A stretch of 64,000 bases of DNA from an uncultured delta proteobacterium (GTDB lineage Bacteria; Desulfobacterota; RBG-13-43-22): assembly GCA_963790475.1 (NCBI GenBank), contig CAWBOS010000010.1, positions 800,001 through 864,000 on the forward strand, given 5' to 3'. Positions 10,633 through 19,157 of the stretch are shown piece after piece. Below the pieces are notes generated by a model. That model was not told the origin of the DNA and ran no database searches. It worked only from the letters and a program-made list of their open reading frames with translations. Numbering within the stretch: position 1 is the stretch's first letter; every line of letters starts with the position of its first letter. The translations under genes were made by a program, and so were the position numbers.

Positions 10633-11763
10633 TTATCCCCTCATTATCGAATCCGGGTCCACGATTGACGCTTTCCAGGAGGGTATGATCGTGGCTACAA
10701 CGTAGGGAACGACCGTGAGGAAGAAGAGGGTCACCACTTCGTAAGGGCTGATGAACGGAGTGAGCCGGAATTCGGGGTAGAGGATCGACCAGCCCTTCAA
10801 GACTGGTTCAAAGAGGGTCGCCGAGGCAAAGAAGACATGGAGGTAAGCGAGCAGGCTGCCGAGGAGAAACGCGGTCAGAGAGATGGCGATGGCTTCCCAG
10901 AATTTCATCACGATGATGTCCCCTGTCTCCCAACCGATGGCCTTCAAGGTGCCTATCTCCCTTTTTTCCTCGGCGCTCAAACCGGAAGCCTTATCGAGTG
11001 CGAAGATGACGAAAGCGAGCAGGGCGATCACGATGAGGATGACGATCACACCGGCGCGCCAGTCAAAGACGGCGTCGTAAGTCCTCAGAATCTCATCTCG
11101 TACAATGGGCCTGGTATCGGGAAGGAGTTCGGCAACTTTGGTGGCGACCGTCTCTATCTCCTTCGGGTTTCGCACTTTTACGGTCAGATCGGTGGCCACG
11201 TTTTTTTCCAGGCCGAAAAGATTTCTGAAGTCTTTTTCAGACATGAGAATGAGGTCAGCGGAGACCAACTCGGATGTCGCGGGAAGGATCTCCTTCACCT
11301 CGAAATCGGAGACTGTGCCATCGGGGCCTCGAAAGGCAAAGGCATCCCCTTTCTTGATCTGGAGGGTCCTGGAGATGCCTTGCCCTATGGCGATACCTTT
11401 CTCGCCGTAGGGGGATTCGTTCCGGGCCATTACCGTAAAGTTGGCGCCCGCCAGGTAATAGTATCCCCAGAGCCTGGGCTCGACTGAGATGACCCCCCGG
11501 ATGCCCTTTATCCGTTCGGCGTACTGTACCGGTATCAGGTCGTGCCTGCCGACGATCTGTCTCTGGACCACAATCTCGGGGGCTTCCCTGAGGACCATCT
11601 TGGCTTCCTTTTTCAGCGCGCCGGTAAAAAAGACGACTGAAGCCAGGAGCATTACCACGAAGGCAAAGACGGCTATCAAAGTAAGGTTCTTTCCCTTTCT
11701 CCTGGCCAGGCCAGCGATGGTGAAGTCAATGATATTCCTATGTTTTTCAATCCACTTTTTCAT
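10633..11763 (-). CDS. FtsX/LolE-like ABC permease
   Basis: N-terminal TM, large periplasmic loop, REIGTLKAIGW motif, three C-terminal TMs. Confidence 0.9.
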   Translation of the reverse strand: MKKWIEKHRNIIDFTIAGLARRKGKNLTLIAVFAFVVMLLASVVFFTGALKKEAKMVLREAPEIVVQRQIVGRHDLIPVQYAERIKGIRGVISVEPRLWGYYYLAGANFTVMARNESPYGEKGIAIGQGISRTLQIKKGDAFAFRGPDGTVSDFEVKEILPATSELVSADLILMSEKDFRNLFGLEKNVATDLTVKVRNPKEIETVATKVAELLPDTRPIVRDEILRTYDAVFDWRAGVIVILIVIALLAFVIFALDKASGLSAEEKREIGTLKAIGWETGDIIVMKFWEAIAISLTAFLLGSLLAYLHVFFASATLFEPVLKGWSILYPEFRLTPFISPYEVVTLFFLTVVPYVVATIIPSWKASIVDPDSIMRG

Positions 11764-12055
11764 GTTTCATCCTTATGCTTCCCGGGGGTCGGGTCAGGGA
11801 ACCGGCCGGGAAGTGCTCTGGCGACATGGGATAGTCCTGGAACGGCGAATGGAGATCAGCCTGCGACAGGTGGCGTGCATAACGGGCCTCGGTAAAGAGG
11901 CAGAGGTCGGTGAGCTGCAGCTTCTTTACCAGGGCAGCCCTGCTTTCGATCAGGGTCATGTTGGCCTGCCGTCGAAGATGCGCATCGACGAAGAGAAGCC
12001 CGGAAAGCACCAGGCCGGTGGCCAGACACAAAAGAAAAATATCCGATTTTCTCAA
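11747..12055 (-). CDS. Small membrane-anchored hypothetical protein of the NosL/ABC cluster
   Basis: N-terminal TM, LTDLCLFTEARY.RH and EHFP.GS motifs; overlaps the permease start. Confidence 0.65.
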   Translation of the reverse strand: MRKSDIFLLCLATGLVLSGLLFVDAHLRRQANMTLIESRAALVKKLQLTDLCLFTEARYARHLSQADLHSPFQDYPMSPEHFPAGSLTRPPGSIRMKHEKVD

Positions 12056-12098
12056 TTAAGCCTCGTGCCCCCTGTCAGACGTTTTCTCCGAGGCCCCG

Positions 12099-12575
12099 TC
12101 ACTGGTCCAATCCCCTTAAGGTCTGTCGGGTTACCTCGGTAAACCTCAGGATGCCTTTCCCCTTGTGATCTTTGAGAAACCCCTTGGCGTCGGACTCTTT
12201 TGTAAAGGGGATGAGTTCCTTGCCCATCGGTCCGAATATATCGCTGCCGATCACGTAATAGGCCTCTTTGCCATCTACTGGCGTGAGGGTGTAATAATCC
12301 ATTACCCGGAAGGACACCATGTCGGACGAGCTCTTTGATGGGGCATAGTGCATTACATCGTGATAGTATTTGAACATATCCTTAGGGCCGTCGAAAAAGG
12401 CCTGCGACCCGTCACGGAAGCGTACTACCGTGATCCAATCGGGATACCTGGCCACGAACATGCCGCAGACCGGGCACTTGTCCCTGGCGGAGGGTTTATA
12501 CGATCCCGTTTCCTCGGCAACCAGGGAGGGAACGAAGAGGAATAAAGCCAGGAGGACAACATAAAGTTTTCTCAT
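12099..12575 (-). CDS. NosL-family metal-binding protein
   Basis: Signal peptide MRKLYVV..., CPVCGM, FFDGPKDM, GSD..GPMG.ELIPF. The ATG overlaps the amidase stop (ATGA). Confidence 0.9.
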   Translation of the reverse strand: MRKLYVVLLALFLFVPSLVAEETGSYKPSARDKCPVCGMFVARYPDWITVVRFRDGSQAFFDGPKDMFKYYHDVMHYAPSKSSSDMVSFRVMDYYTLTPVDGKEAYYVIGSDIFGPMGKELIPFTKESDAKGFLKDHKGKGILRFTEVTRQTLRGLDQ

Positions 12576-14008
12576 GTTTGGTCTATCTCTTTCATTATTT
12601 TTTGTGACCCAAAGGCTTCTAATTTGAGACTTACCCACTCGGGCAGACTTTTGGGGAAGGCCAGGCTCTCCTCAATAATCTCGGCCACATCCAGGAGCAA
12701 AAATTCATGAAAGGGCGCCGCAATAATCTGAACTGAGACCGGGAGCTTTTCCTTGGTCAATCCGCTGGGAATGGCAATAGCTGGAAATCCCAAGAGGTTG
12801 ATGGGTCCTGTAAATTGGGCATTGCGAGGATCCATTACTTCCCCGACGCGGGTGGCCGGGTTTGGTGTGGTCGGTACTATCCAGGCGTCCACCCTTTCAA
12901 AAAGTTTTCGGGCTTCATCAACGAGTTTCGCACGTACTCTTTGGGCCCGAATATAATCCACGGCACTGAGGAGATGCCCCTGCTCAAGAAAAATCCTAAC
13001 ATCCTCACCGAAGCCGTCCGGGTTTTGAATCAGGCGTTCATGGTGGATTTCACTGGCCTGGGCCAGGGTCATAGTAAAGGCGGCCGTCAATGCCGTTTCA
13101 AAACCCGGGATTTTCTCCTCCACCAGGATAGCCCCTTCTTCCTCGCCAATGGTCAAGGTTTTCAGATACTGCTGCCAGACATTTTTGTGACATGAGTTTT
13201 CCGGAACCATAGACGGTATGCGGGCAATTTTCAGACCTTTCAGCCTTTTTGAGGCCAAGGGAGTGGGACTATTTGCTCTTCTGATTGATTCAAGTTTTTG
13301 TAGTTCCTGCGGGGTCAATAAGGCCCTAAAAAGCAACTTGGCATCCCCCACGCTTCGGGTCAAGGGCCCGACATGGTCCAAGGTATAACCCAGGGGGAAA
13401 ATACCTGCCGTAGGGAGCAGACCATAGGTGGGTTTTAGCCCCACAGTTCCGCAGAGGGCGCTGGGAAGACGTATGGAACCCAAGGTGTCGGTCCCCAGGG
13501 CCCCGGGAACCATATGCGCAGCTACGGCCGCTCCGCTGCCGCCGGATGACCCCCCGGGAATATAATCAGGGTTCCAGGGATTACGGCATATCCCGAAATG
13601 GGGATTGGACGAGGTACCCCCCCAGGCAAATTCATGAAGATTGGTCTTCCCAAAAATAATAGCGCCGGATTTTTTAAGACGATCGACAATGGAAGCATCT
13701 TTATCCGCGGGCAAGGCGTTTCGAAAAAAGGAGGACCCTTGAGTGGTCACCACTCCGGCTACATCGATAAGGTCTTTAACGGCGATGGGGATCCCCTCCA
13801 GCAACCCATCAGGGGCGCGGCCTTTGGAATTCAGGGTACGGGCTTGCTTGAGGATTCGCTCTTTATCAATGGAAATAAAGGCTGATAATTGATCGTTCAA
13901 AACGTCGAATATTTTCAGACAGCTTTCAATGATCTCCTCGGGTTTCAGCACTCCTTTTTTAACCAGTTCACACATTTCTGTCAGAAGGAGATCCCTGGGT
14001 TCGGTCAT
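12572..14008 (-). CDS. Amidase-signature family enzyme (GatA/AtzE-like)
   Basis: [42 protein letters not shown] (Lys-cisSer-Ser triad). Confidence 0.92.
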   Translation of the reverse strand: MTEPRDLLLTEMCELVKKGVLKPEEIIESCLKIFDVLNDQLSAFISIDKERILKQARTLNSKGRAPDGLLEGIPIAVKDLIDVAGVVTTQGSSFFRNALPADKDASIVDRLKKSGAIIFGKTNLHEFAWGGTSSNPHFGICRNPWNPDYIPGGSSGGSGAAVAAHMVPGALGTDTLGSIRLPSALCGTVGLKPTYGLLPTAGIFPLGYTLDHVGPLTRSVGDAKLLFRALLTPQELQKLESIRRANSPTPLASKRLKGLKIARIPSMVPENSCHKNVWQQYLKTLTIGEEEGAILVEEKIPGFETALTAAFTMTLAQASEIHHERLIQNPDGFGEDVRIFLEQGHLLSAVDYIRAQRVRAKLVDEARKLFERVDAWIVPTTPNPATRVGEVMDPRNAQFTGPINLLGFPAIAIPSGLTKEKLPVSVQIIAAPFHEFLLLDVAEIIEESLAFPKSLPEWVSLKLEAFGSQKIMKEIDQT

Positions 14009-14205
14009 GAGGCCACCTCGTCAAGATCGAATTGGAGATCGTCATGAGGTCTGAATCCGGTTACATTCAACTGAAAAAGTATCGCTCGAATCAATTGGAC
14101 CATATCGAATACGCCGCCCTTTTCGGTTATCCTTTCCGCCCGCTCCCGGGAGAACCTCAGTCCCTGCTGCTCTCCAAGGGTAATGATAAATTCTTTTCTA
14201 TCCAT
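14005..14205 (-). CDS. Small protein translationally coupled to the amidase (possible GatC/AtzG-like partner)
   Basis: 66 aa, GGGGAGG RBS, ATGA overlap with the amidase start. Confidence 0.6.
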   Translation of the reverse strand: MDRKEFIITLGEQQGLRFSRERAERITEKGGVFDMVQLIRAILFQLNVTGFRPHDDLQFDLDEVAS

Positions 14206-14233
14206 AGGGCCTCCCCTTTCATTGATTCAATGG

Positions 14234-14375
14234 CTATTGAAGGTCTGAATTCGTTTTGGTATTTCCACCATGGCAGACACCGCAATTGGCGGTAAAATCG
14301 GCTTCCCCATCGCCCTGGGGCCAGAGCCGGAAATACGAATCCAACGAGGCTGATCAAGATCAATATTTTTCTCAT
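14234..14375 (-). pseudogene. Frameshifted, truncated c-type cytochrome remnant
   Basis: Signal peptide MRKILILISLVGFVFPALA. Removing one C from the run at 14317-14320 gives QGDGEADFTANCGVCHGG (CxxCH) followed by an early stop. Confidence 0.7.
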
Positions 14376-14567
14376 GGATATCTTCCCGCCTGATTGATTT
14401 GATATTTTTAACATCAATAAAAACAAAGAGCAAAAAATAAAAATCCTTGCCCTCTGGAGTATGAAAAGACGGCCGGACCAAGAATCACTAAGAGAGCGGT
14501 CATTCTTTTACTCATTGGACTTTCTCCTTAAATGCACTAACTAACCGATCGGCTGTAAACGATTGGA

Positions 14568-15089
14568 TCAGGATTTAGGCTCGGACATCTTCATCCGGTT
14601 CATTTTTCTTTTTTCCCTGATCATTTTAGTGTCTTCGGCCATATCTTCATAGGCCGCTTTCATGGCTTCTTCGAAAGCAGCCGGCTGGCCCATGTTGGTC
14701 TTCAAGAAGGCTTCGGCGTCCCCCTTTTTCTCAAAGGCCCACTTCCCTCTCTTGGACATAACCCCCGGCCTCTTGCCCCCAACCACCCAGAAGGCCGTTT
14801 CGGCATTAATAAGCTGTCGGCTGTCATAATCACCGACTTGGATTGATATCGGAGTCTTGTCAATGTGGTTGGCCAGATCAACAGCAGCACAATGCAGACT
14901 GCATAAAGCGCTTATGGTCCCGTCTTCATATTTGATCAACATTCGAGAAAAATTGAATTGCCCCCGGTCCATGCCGCAAAGGGGGCAGGCCTTATGGGTA
15001 GAGAGGTCATCAGCGGCCTGGGCCAAAAGCATACTTCCTGAGATTAAAAAAGCAGCTGATATGATGGCCAAGATACTTAGTCGTTTCAT
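14568..15089 (-). CDS. NosL-family metal-binding protein
   Basis: Signal peptide, CPLCGMDR, CSLHC, WVVGG..PGVM, WAF motifs. Confidence 0.85.
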   Translation of the reverse strand: MKRLSILAIISAAFLISGSMLLAQAADDLSTHKACPLCGMDRGQFNFSRMLIKYEDGTISALCSLHCAAVDLANHIDKTPISIQVGDYDSRQLINAETAFWVVGGKRPGVMSKRGKWAFEKKGDAEAFLKTNMGQPAAFEEAMKAAYEDMAEDTKMIREKRKMNRMKMSEPKS

Positions 15090-15565
15090 CTTCTTCCTCC
15101 TTTATCGTCAGTTCATTTTTTGAATATCAGGCAAATCCTTAATAATTTTACTGTCAGGGTCCATTTCTCAGATGATACTAACAAAAATGACCCTTGAAGT
15201 TAATAAAGTAAAGACTATATTTTGAAGGGGAAAAGGCCTTATTTATGATCGATAAACAAGGGTTTTTTCCCAAAAGGATATTTATTTTAACCGATTGTTT
15301 GAGATGTTCTTTTAGCAGAGGGATCAAATAGAATCAATTAAATTTTGATTAGAAGTCGTTTTTCATGGAATGGGAAGTGTATAAGGGGGGGGAGAGACAA
15401 GATCAAGAATAAAAAGAAGAAAATGGAATAGTGAGGGACAGACGGCCATGTTTTGAGGATCACTTCCGAGGCGATGGGAAAGACAAAAGACCGAATAAAA
15501 AAGATTGACTTATAAGGCATCCGATCGATATTATATCCTGGAAGTGTTTTAAAAAGGATTCAAGC

Positions 15566-15865
15566 ATGAAGAAAACGAATCATCTACCACGCGCCCTCTT
15601 GGTCATAACCATAGTCTCTATTTTGTTATGGCTCCCTTTATTTATGAACTATTACTGGTTAATGGAAGCTGATTTTTTAGCGACTAACCTGTCTTTTGAA
15701 AATACGGATTTGGATATTCTCCCGGCGGCCCAGAAATCCCAATTATGGTCATGGGGGTCCGCTATAGTTTTTTCCCAATGGATGAACCATCTGTTTAAAG
15801 ATTTCCTGGTTTTTCACAGTCAAATACCCGCGATCGAAAATAAAAATAATGCCCTTCGGTGTTAA
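15566..15865 (+). CDS. Small hypothetical protein with an N-terminal TM and C-terminal LRC, upstream of tatA
   Basis: 99-aa ORF with an AAGGA RBS-like site and hydrophobic N-terminus. Confidence 0.5.
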   Translation: MKKTNHLPRALLVITIVSILLWLPLFMNYYWLMEADFLATNLSFENTDLDILPAAQKSQLWSWGSAIVFSQWMNHLFKDFLVFHSQIPAIENKNNALRC

Positions 15866-16004
15866 CATGCCCCTCTTTTTATCCAATGATAATCATTAAA
15901 ATCCTGAAAGGGAAAGGCGCTTTTTTAAAAGCGCATTCTTCATAAAAACAGGGTGGTACTAAATTTTGGATTGAAAGAATTTATGGGTTGCACAAGGAGG
16001 GAAT

Positions 16005-16199
16005 ATGATCGGAATAAATCAAGATCTAATTGTCATTTTAATAATAGCCGGATTTATTTTCGGTGCCAAAAAATTACCGGAAATAGGCAAAGGGCTGGGA
16101 AAAGGGATTAAAGAATTTAAAAGCGGGCTGTACGGTCAAGAGGAAGAAGAGACGGCCGCCAAACCTAAGGAGATTGAAGGTAGTAGTAAGGGCCAATAG
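16005..16199 (+). CDS. tatA: Twin-arginine translocase TatA/E subunit
   Basis: TM followed by FGAKKLPEIGKGLGKGIKEFK; AGGAGG RBS. Confidence 0.95.
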   Translation: MIGINQDLIVILIIAGFIFGAKKLPEIGKGLGKGIKEFKSGLYGQEEEETAAKPKEIEGSSKGQ

Positions 16200-16428
16200 A
16201 AATAACCGGCAAATCAAAGGCTGACCTGCTTATCTCCTCCTCGAAAAGAGAACTCCTCTCCTTAGCCGGAAACGAGGGGGCGAGGGGGATGAAAGCGGTC
16301 AGCCAGCCTTAAGGCTGTCTATGAATACCTTTTATTTGCCATATCCTATCAGACTTCTTTACTTTAATCGGACCCGAATCCAGATACCTGTATGAAAAAA
16401 CTGTGTTGTTAAACAAACCGACGGCAGG

Positions 16429-17001
16429 ATGACTTCACTCCCCACTTTAGAATATCTGATCAGTACCTATGGTTACATTGCCATACTGCTGGGTACCTTT
16501 TTTGAAGGGGAGACTATTCTAATTGTGGCCGGATTCATGGCCCATTTAGGATACCTGAAATTACCTTATGTTATGGGAATGGCCTTTATTGGAAGCCTTA
16601 CCGGGGATCAATTTTTTTTCATCCTCGGGCGCATAAAAGGCCAGCCTCTCCTGCTAAGATTTAAGCATATCCAGAAACGGGTGGAGAAGATCCATATCTT
16701 TCTGGAACGTTACAAAGATTTGATCATGATCGGTTTCCGATTTGTCTATGGTATCCGCATCCTGACTCCCATCGTCTTAGGCATGAATCATAAAATCAAG
16801 GCCAGACGGTTTCTCTTGTTTAATGCGGTCGGGGCCATCGTTTGGTCCATAGTGGTTTCTCTGGGAGGCTATCTTTTCGGGGAAGCGCTTCACCTGATCA
16901 TGAAGGGCATCAAACAGTATGAACTGAGGATCATTATTGGAATAGTGATCATAGGGGTGCTGGCCTGGATCCTCAATCGGCTCACCGCGAAGATGCCATG
17001 A
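16429..17001 (+). CDS. DedA family membrane protein
   Basis: YGY.AILLGTFFEGE, GDQFFF.LGR, FRFVYGIR motifs. Confidence 0.9.
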   Translation: MTSLPTLEYLISTYGYIAILLGTFFEGETILIVAGFMAHLGYLKLPYVMGMAFIGSLTGDQFFFILGRIKGQPLLLRFKHIQKRVEKIHIFLERYKDLIMIGFRFVYGIRILTPIVLGMNHKIKARRFLLFNAVGAIVWSIVVSLGGYLFGEALHLIMKGIKQYELRIIIGIVIIGVLAWILNRLTAKMP

Positions 17002-17068
17002 GCTGGAGGCCGGATATCTCAAGTGGTCTGACTTCTAATAAAGGCCGACACAAAAATGCGACAACAGA

Positions 17069-17096
17069 GTGGTGCGCCGGTTGACCGGCGCACCAC
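17069..17096. terminator. GC-rich hairpin between convergent genes (probable terminator)
   Basis: GTGGTGCGCCGGT-TG-ACCGGCGCACCAC perfect inverted repeat; no strong U-tract. Confidence 0.55.
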
Positions 17097-17104
17097 CTGA
17101 TAGG

Positions 17105-18850
17105 TTAAAATCCCATCTTTTTCTTCATCTCCTGATCGATCCAGACACGGGCCATGATCGGGCCGCCTCTCTGGGCACCCACATAGAGCTCTCCATTATA
17201 GTTTTTCAGCCAAGGCCACCAGCCCAAATAGTAGTAGGAAGTGGGAAGGATAATGCAGGGGGCCTGGTTGAGGGCATAAACTGCCAGTTTTTTCATGGTT
17301 TCCATAACTTGTTTGTGAGTAAGTTTTGGGTTTTCGATAGCGTCCTGCCAGGTCTTGTCCATGTAGGGATCAGACATCATGTGAGGATTCCAGGTCTGGC
17401 CGGTGAGGAAATTTTTTCGGATGCCGGCCGTAGGGTTGCCGTGGTCGTTGTCGAAGAAATAGCCTTCCGAATGATTTTTTTTCAACATCCTGGTGAGGTA
17501 GAGGCCGTAATCCAGGGGTTCCAGTTCCATCTTGACCCCGATCTTGGCCAGGTAGGCCACTACCAAGGCGGCCAGATCCTGTTGAGTCTGACTGGCATTG
17601 GATATTTGGGCCTTGAAAGTGAAACCATTGGGGTAACCGGCCTCGGCCAGAAGCTTTTTGGCCTTTTCCGGGTTGTAGGTAAAAAGTTCCCGGGCGGAGG
17701 GAGGGAGTTTATCCAGCGGGGTATAGACCTCTTTAAAGGAGGGAGGAAAGGGATAGGTGTGCAATTCGGCATTGCCGCCGTAGAATTTATCGATGATCTC
17801 CTTTTTGTTGACAGCCAGATTCAGGGCCCGTCTGACCCGGATATCAGTAAAAGGTTTCCTGTCCATGCGCAAGGCAACCGTAAAATTGCCGCCGCTCAGT
17901 ATGCGTTTCCAAGTCACTTGAGGAAGGCTCTTTCTGAGCTCGTCCACATACTTCCAGTTTACCGGTATTAGATCGAGCTTGCCGGATCTGAAGGAAGAAA
18001 TCGCCGTTTGTTCATCCTTGATGATCGGTAGATATACCTTGTCAACAAAGGGCAACTTGTACTTTTTCCCGCCGATGACCTCCGAATCCCAATAATTGGG
18101 GTTCTTGGTATAGGTCTGGGAATGGCCGTCTTTGTACTCGGTAATCATGAACGGTCCGGTGCCGGTGGCGTTTTCCCATCTGTTGGGACCACCGGGGGCT
18201 TTTTCCTGCTCCGGGGCCTGGATGGCATCATAATATCCCCAACCGATACGGTAGGGCCAATCCGCGCACCACTCGGTCATATTGATGACCACCGTATATT
18301 TGTCGGGGGTTTCCATTTTACCGATAAAATCCAAATACAGGGGGATGGCCTTTTTGGATTCTTTTAAACGGGTAAAGCTGTAAACCACATCATCGGCCAC
18401 CAGCTCCCTGGCCTTCATGATTCCCGGCCTTTCCTGCCACATGACACCTTTCCTCAAATGCAGGATAATCTGCATAGGGTTTTTCTTAACTTCCCACTTC
18501 TCTAATAGCTCGCCTCGAGTAACCTCAGGGGGGATCCAACCGAGAGTGTCGAAAGCGAACTGATTGGTTCCCCTGGGTCCTTTCTGGAGATCGCCCATCA
18601 TCAGGTGTTCCATATAGAATCCGGTGTCGTTGCCGTGCTTCCAGGTCCATTCACCGATATCCCAGGAGATCGGATTTATGACCCTATGCATAGTAACCGT
18701 TCCGCCGTACTGGGGTGCCTTGGCGCTGGCGCTGGGACCCTGGGCTTTGACCGCTGTCGCCTTGGAAGGGGCTCCATAGGCGGATAATCCGAGGAACAAT
18801 ACCGAGATGACCAACCCTGCTATCATGAGAACATGAAAAAACTTTTTCAT
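17105..18850 (-). CDS. ABC transporter substrate-binding protein, family 5 (peptide/nickel type), no adjacent permease
   Basis: Signal peptide, PQYGG, LRKGV.W, GTGPF, KNPNYW, PF.DIRVRRAL, YNPEKAKKLLAEAGYPNGF. Confidence 0.92.
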   Translation of the reverse strand: MKKFFHVLMIAGLVISVLFLGLSAYGAPSKATAVKAQGPSASAKAPQYGGTVTMHRVINPISWDIGEWTWKHGNDTGFYMEHLMMGDLQKGPRGTNQFAFDTLGWIPPEVTRGELLEKWEVKKNPMQIILHLRKGVMWQERPGIMKARELVADDVVYSFTRLKESKKAIPLYLDFIGKMETPDKYTVVINMTEWCADWPYRIGWGYYDAIQAPEQEKAPGGPNRWENATGTGPFMITEYKDGHSQTYTKNPNYWDSEVIGGKKYKLPFVDKVYLPIIKDEQTAISSFRSGKLDLIPVNWKYVDELRKSLPQVTWKRILSGGNFTVALRMDRKPFTDIRVRRALNLAVNKKEIIDKFYGGNAELHTYPFPPSFKEVYTPLDKLPPSARELFTYNPEKAKKLLAEAGYPNGFTFKAQISNASQTQQDLAALVVAYLAKIGVKMELEPLDYGLYLTRMLKKNHSEGYFFDNDHGNPTAGIRKNFLTGQTWNPHMMSDPYMDKTWQDAIENPKLTHKQVMETMKKLAVYALNQAPCIILPTSYYYLGWWPWLKNYNGELYVGAQRGGPIMARVWIDQEMKKKMGF

Positions 18851-19157
18851 TTATAGCCTCCTGTCTAAAATTAACCGATTATTTTTGGTGCTTATTCCAG
18901 CTTTAAATCTTACACCCTTGTTGTGCAATGGCTTAACATCTTGTGTCGATTAGCCAAGTTCACTCCATATTTCCCTGGTAGGCATTCCCCCTTCCGGTTT
19001 TTTTAAAAATACTGGAAACTGCTGGGGAGAATATAAGATATTACAAGTCAGGGTCAAGGGAAAAAAGGCTCAATTCCGATTTTCCCTTTGACGAAAATTA
19101 TGGGAAAAGTTAGTATGAAATAAATCTTTTTGACCGAATTTTCTTTAAGGAATTAAA

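Noticed and set aside
12572-14205. gatC-gatA of the Glu-tRNA amidotransferase
   Set aside because: No gatB follows, and the motifs (LHEFAWG, TDTLGS) fit general amidases rather than GatA (MDEFAMG, SDTGGS).
16217-16311. Long imperfect hairpin after tatA as a riboswitch or ncRNA
   Set aside because: No recognisable aptamer consensus; cannot be supported beyond a generic stem-loop.
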